From positions 1 through 59,682 of the IMG/VR virus record IMGVR_UViG_3300033412_000015: a stretch of DNA of 59,682 nt. One strand, written 5' to 3'. Under the pieces are notes generated by a model. It did not search any database. It saw only the letters and a program-made list of their open reading frames with translations, and had not been told where the DNA came from. Positions 54,161-59,682 of this stretch are shown here, one piece after another (position 1 is the first letter of the stretch; every line of letters starts with the position of its first letter). This DNA is from a virus (taxonomy: Duplodnaviria; Caudoviricetes). A program made the position numbers and the translations under genes.

Positions 54161-54775
54161 ATGAAAGCCTTATTATTTTTAATCTTATTAGCCACTTGTG
54201 ACCTGCCACAACCTACACCTGAGCCTGCACCTACGCCCATCAAAGTAGCCGTAAGCTCGGCACAAATTGATACTTCATTCGTGAATCAATTAATGGACAC
54301 CTGTAAGGTGAAGCTCAGCGATAGTCGCAAGAAAATACTGGCCGACCAATTGGTTCGTATAACTAGAATGCGATTCTCAAAAATAGAACACCAACAAGCA
54401 TTTACCTTCCTCGTGTGCATCGAAAGCAAGTTCGACAGTGGTGCGAAAAGTAAAAGCGGCGCGATTGGCCTCACACAAGTAATGCCTAAATTTGCCGGCG
54501 AGTTTGCAAAGGATTGTGGTCTACCTTCAGGGGTTACTGCTGCTGACCTGACGGACAGTGAGACCAGTTTGCTTGTAGGTTCTTGCCACTTCAAGTCTCT
54601 CATTGAATACTATAATTCCGTTGCACTGGCCCTTGCGGCATACAACAGCGGTAAGGACAGTGCTAGCGTAAAGAGTCTTAACAACCTAGGGGAAGGTCAC
54701 CCAGAAACCACGGGGTACATCAGCAAGTTTATGGTCCTCAAAGAAAAGATGGAGAAGAAACATGCTAGTAAATAA
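54161..54775 (+). CDS. Lytic transglycosylase (SLT domain), probable lipoprotein
   Basis: LLATC leader; IES (catalytic Glu), GAIGLTQVMP, ALAAYNSG. Confidence 0.88.
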   Translation: MKALLFLILLATCDLPQPTPEPAPTPIKVAVSSAQIDTSFVNQLMDTCKVKLSDSRKKILADQLVRITRMRFSKIEHQQAFTFLVCIESKFDSGAKSKSGAIGLTQVMPKFAGEFAKDCGLPSGVTAADLTDSETSLLVGSCHFKSLIEYYNSVALALAAYNSGKDSASVKSLNNLGEGHPETTGYISKFMVLKEKMEKKHASK

Positions 54776-54980
54776 ATTCTACAGTATAATCCTATCTCAG
54801 GTTCTCTATTGTTTTAACGGTTACAATGTTATTCACTTCTTGCAGACTGGAACCTTCTACAAGATAGAGCAGCGCATCTGGGTAACAAGAGACCCTGAGG
54901 ATGGATTCATTTACTTTCGCAAGTATAGAATGCCGGCAGGGGAACAGGTGATTGACGTCTGTGAAGGGAATGGTGAGTAA
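54762..54980 (+). CDS. Hypothetical protein
   Basis: 72 aa between the two muramidases. Confidence 0.5.
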   Translation: MLVNKFYSIILSQVLYCFNGYNVIHFLQTGTFYKIEQRIWVTRDPEDGFIYFRKYRMPAGEQVIDVCEGNGE

Positions 54981-54983
54981 CTC

Positions 54984-55553
54984 ATGAACAGCTTTTGGGA
55001 TTTCCTATTTAAACCAGCAGCGGCTAAAGAGCCACCAGCAGTATCTCCGCCTACACCGCCCGTACCGCCTGCACCAGAACCGCAAACAGATAAACCTACA
55101 CACATGGGAGCTACTGGCCTCGCACTGATAAAGAGTTTCGAAGGATGTAGACTTGAGGCCTATCAAGATAGCGTAGGAATCTGGACGATTGGCTACGGCC
55201 ACACTGGACCAGAAGTTAAACCTGGTCTGGAAATCAGCCTAGATAGAGCTGAAGAGCTGCTCCGATTAAACCTAGTGGAAGCTGAAGGCGCCGTTTGCCG
55301 TTTCGTTACAGCACCACTCAATCAGAATCAATTCGACGCCCTATGCTGTTTCACCTACAACGTTGGAACCGGCAAGTTTAAAAGTAGCACCTTGTGCTTG
55401 CTAACGAATATGCGCGAATACTTCAAGGCAGCTGATGAGTTCTTGAAATGGGATAAGGCTGGCGGCGTACCTCTCCTAGGACTTGCAAGGCGTAGGAAAG
55501 CTGAACGGGAATTATTTCTACGGCCTCTTGACGTCAATGCTAATAAGAGCTAA
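54984..55553 (+). CDS. Endolysin, GH24 lysozyme
   Basis: FEG.RLEAYQD..G.WTIGYGH, QFDAL..F.YNVG, GL.RRR.AE. Confidence 0.92.
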   Translation: MNSFWDFLFKPAAAKEPPAVSPPTPPVPPAPEPQTDKPTHMGATGLALIKSFEGCRLEAYQDSVGIWTIGYGHTGPEVKPGLEISLDRAEELLRLNLVEAEGAVCRFVTAPLNQNQFDALCCFTYNVGTGKFKSSTLCLLTNMREYFKAADEFLKWDKAGGVPLLGLARRRKAERELFLRPLDVNANKS

Positions 55554-55556
55554 GAT
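55528..55556 (+). promoter_or_regulatory. Possible sigma-70 promoter
   Basis: TTGACG-N17-TAAGAT before an intergenic gap. Confidence 0.4.
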
Positions 55557-55639
55557 AAGAATGACGACCTCCTCTATCATGGGCAAGGGGCCTTCCATTA
55601 GGCTGGTCCCTTACTCCCCTAGCAAAGGATTACAAAGAG

Positions 55640-56044
55640 ATGAGTGCACTAATAAAACTTTCCGTATCCAGTAGAGTGGCCAATTACCTGCGCCTAAAGA
55701 AGAATCCTAATACAACGGCCCGTACGACCGGTAGTGGGCTGGGAATTGAACTATTAGGCGGTACCGTAGAGTTGACGAGTGGCGAGCATGCAGGCACAAT
55801 ACTAGCACCCGATAGCATTATCAAGGCCAATCAGCGAATTGTTATTAATGCCGGCGAAATCTGGCCCAATAAATACCACGTTATACTGCAGCCAAATCCA
55901 ATTCTTTACTACTATGGAACGGTCAGTTGTCCTACCATCATTGAACCTGAAGACCACATTCCTTTGGACGTAACTGTGCGAATGGACAAGCAATTTGCAC
56001 TGGCCGACCTTAACTGGGTCCTGAGAATGTATTTAATTGACTGA
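55640..56044 (+). CDS. Degenerate trimeric dUTPase-fold protein
   Basis: Motif order resembles dUTPase (GLGIEL; YHVILQPNP; PTIIEPED..LDVTV) but catalytic residues are absent. Confidence 0.35.
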   Translation: MSALIKLSVSSRVANYLRLKKNPNTTARTTGSGLGIELLGGTVELTSGEHAGTILAPDSIIKANQRIVINAGEIWPNKYHVILQPNPILYYYGTVSCPTIIEPEDHIPLDVTVRMDKQFALADLNWVLRMYLID

Positions 56045-56054
56045 CAGGCCAGTT

Positions 56055-56279
56055 ATGAAAGAGCTTGACATTAATGCAATTTCTGGTATAATCATTAAGA
56101 GAATCGAGGAGTTGGAGGCGAAAGCTTCCCACGATGCAATCTTTTATCGAGGAGTGAAGGCCGGCGTGAGAGAATTACTTGAAGCACTGGCCGCGAGTGC
56201 AGCAGATGGAAACGGCGAAAATCATACATCTAAAGACAGTTCGGAATCAAAAGAAGACCGACCAATTGGCCTCGCCTAA
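56055..56279 (+). CDS. Hypothetical protein
   Basis: Helical, 74 aa. Confidence 0.55.
   Translation: MKELDINAISGIIIKRIEELEAKASHDAIFYRGVKAGVRELLEALAASAADGNGENHTSKDSSESKEDRPIGLA
56065..56092 (+). promoter_or_regulatory. Possible sigma-70 promoter
   Basis: TTGACA-N16-TATAAT within an ORF. Confidence 0.45.
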
Positions 56280-56442
56280 CAATCCACAGCCCCTATCTCC
56301 CAGCGAAAAAGAGACAATCTACCGATTCGAGAAACTCGCCGCTATAATTGACGAACAATCATTTACAATTGAAGAACAGAATAAGAGACTGGCAAAACTA
56401 GAAGAGAGGCTTCTTTTTCTTGTTAGGAAGCTGTTGGGGTAA
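56206..56442 (+). CDS. Coiled-coil hypothetical protein (last early-arm gene)
   Basis: IIDEQSFTIEEQNKRLAKLEERL. Confidence 0.55.
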   Translation: METAKIIHLKTVRNQKKTDQLASPNNPQPLSPSEKETIYRFEKLAAIIDEQSFTIEEQNKRLAKLEERLLFLVRKLLG

Positions 56443-56649
56443 CGGCGAGCTTTCTGCTGGCTGTTCCTGTGCTTCCTCATCGGGATTCTCTTCCTCGGCA
56501 GGCTGTACCTCTTGAGCGGATGGTGGTGGGGGAGGCGCTGGAACCTTGCCCAGTTTCCTGAGAAGGTCCAACACACTCTGCTTTTTCCCGGTTGCAGGTG
56601 CTTGCTTGAAAGACACCTGTAGTATTTTACTTTTTAATTCAGGGCTCAC
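56398..56649 (-). CDS. Pro/Glu-rich hypothetical protein
   Basis: GGAG RBS, GTG start; converges on 56206..56442. Confidence 0.55.
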   Translation of the reverse strand: MSPELKSKILQVSFKQAPATGKKQSVLDLLRKLGKVPAPPPPPSAQEVQPAEEENPDEEAQEQPAESSPLPQQLPNKKKKPLF

Positions 56650-56651
56650 GG

Positions 56652-56906
56652 CTATTCTCCATCTTCCTCTTGCTGCTGCTGTTTTTTAATAGCTTCTTGA
56701 CGGGCCTTTAACTTCGTAAGAGCATCCGTTGTAGACTTGCCAATGCTAGGGCCCCTAAGGAAGTCTAGCATCTTATTGAGCAACTTGTTGTCTTGCTTGT
56801 CCAGTTCTTTCGACTGGTCGGCGCGTTCCTTATCAAGGTCTTCTGGCGACGCAGCGGTAGCCTTCAAGAAGGACTTGCGCATTACTTGTGCTTTATTTTC
56901 CGCCAT
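56652..56906 (-). CDS. Hypothetical protein
   Basis: Charged helical protein in the late operon tail. Confidence 0.6.
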   Translation of the reverse strand: MAENKAQVMRKSFLKATAASPEDLDKERADQSKELDKQDNKLLNKMLDFLRGPSIGKSTTDALTKLKARQEAIKKQQQQEEDGE

Positions 56907-57105
56907 TAGCATTGTCCTTCATTCCCCAAGCCTCTTTAGCTGCACTGAGTACCTTATCATCTAAATCACTTTCCGTCAATTTAACGAGCTTGTCAAGTCC
57001 ATAAACGATTGCCTTCTTGAGGAAATCTTCCGTCAAGAGACTCATTAGCATTTGAATGAGTGCATGCGAGAGAGCGGCGAGAATTGTTAATAATATTGCT
57101 GGCAT
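56893..57105 (-). CDS. Small amphipathic protein (holin candidate)
   Basis: Hydrophobic N-terminus; LVKLTESDLDDKV motif; GGAGG RBS. Confidence 0.5.
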   Translation of the reverse strand: MPAILLTILAALSHALIQMLMSLLTEDFLKKAIVYGLDKLVKLTESDLDDKVLSAAKEAWGMKDNANGGK

Positions 57106-59682
57106 TACTTGCCTCCTGTAAATATAGGGTACTTTTGTTTAATGTTCCGTACACGTTCATCGAGATTCAGACTAGGCAGTGCCTTGTTAAGGAAAGTTCC
57201 TTTGCGGCGCTCTCCTCCCATAAATACGGGAAGGTCATCCGTGAGAAAGCGTACCATGCCTGAGCCGGGCACAAATGCCTGACCGGTGTTATTAACCCAT
57301 TTCCAGAGAGCTTCTGGGTCTCGATTAACGAGGCCAGTTACACCATCTGTAAGTGCACTGATGACTGGGGGTTTTGCTAGACGGCCTTCAAGTATCTGTT
57401 TTAAAGAAGCAATAGGAGCTTGACCAGCTAGGCCTCCATAACCCAATAGTTTTCTACTCAAATCACTGTCCTTCTGGTCAGGGATTAACAGGTGTTCGAT
57501 AGCTCCTACTGCAAACATTGGTGCAAGATACTTGTATCCTACTTTAGCGGCGCCCTTCAAGAGTCCCTTACGCTTCACAATATGCATAACGTCGCCGGCA
57601 ATACTAGCTGGCCACTTCGTAAATACACTAAAGATGGGGCCTAAAGTACGGCCAAACTCGCTCATACTTGCCCTGTTATAATTAAACATTGTCTTACTAA
57701 TAACGTAGTTCTTCATTAAGCGTTCTACTTCAGGAATATCATTAGCTTCTACAGCTCGTTGAACAGTGCGCCGATATCCGCTACCCATCTCTTTTACGAA
57801 TTTTACAGCCGCTGGTTCACCGCGAAGAAGGTCACGCGCAACGAATTCGCCAACATGGATAGAAAGCGCTCGGTTAATAGATTCGCTTTTCTCAAACATA
57901 AACATGGCCGCCCTGCTGTACTTATCCAGTGCGGCATCCGTAAGACGATAGAGAGCACTGTCTTTAATTCCTTGCCGAACAGCATTACGTAATTCCGTAG
58001 AATACTGCTTAGGAATCATCCCCTCATTCTCAAGCATTATTGATAAATTGCGTGTTTTATATAAAGAGCCAGGTTCTTTTCCCAGTAATTGCGCCATCTC
58101 TGGAGACAGGCGAATTTCACGGCCAGCCATCTTTTCATTCAGGGTGGTAATGATAGATTTGAGCATTGTCTTTGAGCCGTAAGCATTTCCCAGTTCCGGC
58201 ACTGTCATGTAAAATGGTTGCGTTAGATTTACAATTGCTGCACGCGGCGAGAATCCTAGGAAGTTAGGATACACCTGATTCATAAGTTGTGAGAAGAAAT
58301 CAGGAGTTTCAGCAAGAACTCCATAGTAGGCGCGAGCAATTGGATTTGTTGCAGTGGCTAGTTTATTCTTGGCCGCGACCTGAATATTAAACATTTTCTG
58401 GCGTATAGCACTATTTAAGGTACCTCGCCTGACACCAGTTAAATCTTTCACAAGGGTGTCTACGAATGAAGCACTTTGCTTGTCGTTGGCAGCCATTGCG
58501 AAATTGCGGATTTTCTTTAGCTCGTCAATACCTTCACGATAATAGGCATGACGGAAAGTATTCTGTGACCAATTAGAAATCAGTTTAGGTACATTCTTTT
58601 CGATAAGAAACTCAGGAACTTCGCCCTCACGCTTTAGTGCTGCGGATGCTACTGTCTCCATGTCTTCTTTTGCAAGCGCCGGGTCTAGCGCAGAACGAAG
58701 AGCAACTTGGAATTTCTCGGGGGTATCTACCTCACGGCCTGACAAGAATTTAACTCCCTGCTGCAATTCTTTGAAGTTATCATCCTTTACAAGTTTATCA
58801 AATAGTTTTGGGTCAGCAGCATTAACCCTAAGGTCTACGCCGCCTGTAACGTTCTTAAACTTCTCGACTTCTTGATTGAGGCGATGCACCGCTTCCGCTA
58901 GGTCAACGGAGTGATGGGGCACGTAAAATTCGCGCATCTGAATGGGAACCCCTAAATCCTTGGCAAGAGTGGCGCCTTCATTAAATACCTGGCGGGCTTG
59001 ATTCACAACTGAAAGTTGCGGTTCACTGAACTTCTCAAGACCTTCACCCTTGTCCAATGCGCGATACAGCGCATCTGGGTCCACCTTAGTCTGTTTAATT
59101 GCCTTATCTAATTCGCCTGCTTTATCGATGTAGCGTTTCAGTACAATAGTATACTTATTATTATTCTGTGCAAGATTGTCGAGAACAACTTCCATCTTCG
59201 TGCCTAGCTGGTCGTCGATGAAACGAGAAACAAATTTGCCGTCTAGCATCTTGTTACGAATACTAGTAAGAGCATTGTTTCCTGCAGGTAACTTGTTATC
59301 AAGGTCTTGTGCTAGGATTTCAAAAGCCTTCTGTGTGTCTTTGAAGTTGTCGAATTTCTTTGCAATGAATTCAGGACCTTCTGTGGCAACCTTCTCTTGA
59401 ATAACTTTAAGAGCATCTTCAACTGTCTTTGGTTTGCTACCCAGTACCTTTGCGAAGTCCTTAGTGTCATCCTGTAGTTGCTCAAATGCCTTGTAGGCTT
59501 TCTGGTCTTCTGGCCGTATGCCCTGATTTTCCATGAGACGGGCTTCATCTTCTGTAATATCTTGAATTGGTTGAGCTAATTTAGCCCTATCAGCCTCTTC
59601 AGTGCTCTTCTTGAAAGCGTTGAAATCTTCAATATTCCTATTTTCTGTCAATAATTGGGCAGCTACACTATCTGATTCTCTT
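57105..59682 (-). CDS. C-terminal part of the 1126-aa internal virion/ejection protein
   Basis: Frame continues through the terminal overlap to ATG 930; YVPH and KTMFNY...FTKWP motifs of large podovirus ejection proteins. Confidence 0.85.
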   Translation of the reverse strand, partial: RESDSVAAQLLTENRNIEDFNAFKKSTEEADRAKLAQPIQDITEDEARLMENQGIRPEDQKAYKAFEQLQDDTKDFAKVLGSKPKTVEDALKVIQEKVATEGPEFIAKKFDNFKDTQKAFEILAQDLDNKLPAGNNALTSIRNKMLDGKFVSRFIDDQLGTKMEVVLDNLAQNNNKYTIVLKRYIDKAGELDKAIKQTKVDPDALYRALDKGEGLEKFSEPQLSVVNQARQVFNEGATLAKDLGVPIQMREFYVPHHSVDLAEAVHRLNQEVEKFKNVTGGVDLRVNAADPKLFDKLVKDDNFKELQQGVKFLSGREVDTPEKFQVALRSALDPALAKEDMETVASAALKREGEVPEFLIEKNVPKLISNWSQNTFRHAYYREGIDELKKIRNFAMAANDKQSASFVDTLVKDLTGVRRGTLNSAIRQKMFNIQVAAKNKLATATNPIARAYYGVLAETPDFFSQLMNQVYPNFLGFSPRAAIVNLTQPFYMTVPELGNAYGSKTMLKSIITTLNEKMAGREIRLSPEMAQLLGKEPGSLYKTRNLSIMLENEGMIPKQYSTELRNAVRQGIKDSALYRLTDAALDKYSRAAMFMFEKSESINRALSIHVGEFVARDLLRGEPAAVKFVKEMGSGYRRTVQRAVEANDIPEVERLMKNYVISKTMFNYNRASMSEFGRTLGPIFSVFTKWPASIAGDVMHIVKRKGLLKGAAKVGYKYLAPMFAVGAIEHLLIPDQKDSDLSRKLLGYGGLAGQAPIASLKQILEGRLAKPPVISALTDGVTGLVNRDPEALWKWVNNTGQAFVPGSGMVRFLTDDLPVFMGGERRKGTFLNKALPSLNLDERVRNIKQKYPIFTGGK
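59556..59682. repeat. Terminal overlap, copy 2
   Basis: Identical to 1-127. Confidence 0.95.

Noticed and set aside
59556-59682. 127-bp terminal repeat as a biological direct terminal repeat
   Set aside because: The length matches a common assembler k-mer and it lies mid-gene, so it indicates circular assembly only
1-59682. Temperate (integrating) lifestyle or alternative genetic code
   Set aside because: No integrase or repressor module recognised; genes are intact under the standard code and all three stop codons are used

Overview
The window is an apparently complete, circularly assembled tailed-phage genome of about 59,555 bp. Bases 1-127 equal 59556-59682 (an assembler overlap), and one 1126-aa gene is split across the ends. 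The architecture is podovirus-like, with two arms diverging from a ~1.1 kb non-coding region (32.9-34.0 kb). The minus-strand arm carries morphogenesis genes: probable TerS, about ten small virion-type genes with two HNH nucleases, TerL, portal, scaffold, major capsid, four fibre proteins, adaptor, a 1723-aa tail hub and five ejection-type proteins. The plus-strand arm carries early and replication genes: SAM lyase-like, pentapeptide repeat, UDG, two ClpP-like proteases, DUF5664, Cas4-like nuclease, PolA, RuvC-like, DinG-like helicase, Tad2-like proteins, collagen lipoprotein, SLT and lysozyme. I recognised no integrase, RNA polymerase, sigma factor, primase, tRNA or CRISPR array. Three signals stand out. 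(1) Nine sigma-28/FliA-type promoter candidates (TAAAG-N14/15-[GA]CCGATA), all on the early arm, whereas the structural arm has consensus sigma-70 promoters; this may couple the phage to a motile host phase, and Bdellovibrionota is my inferred host. (2) Two inverted copies of a promoter + ~50-nt conserved leader + AT-rich tract in a genome with no visible primase. (3) Apparent absence of GATC. All functional calls come from motif recognition by eye, not database searches.
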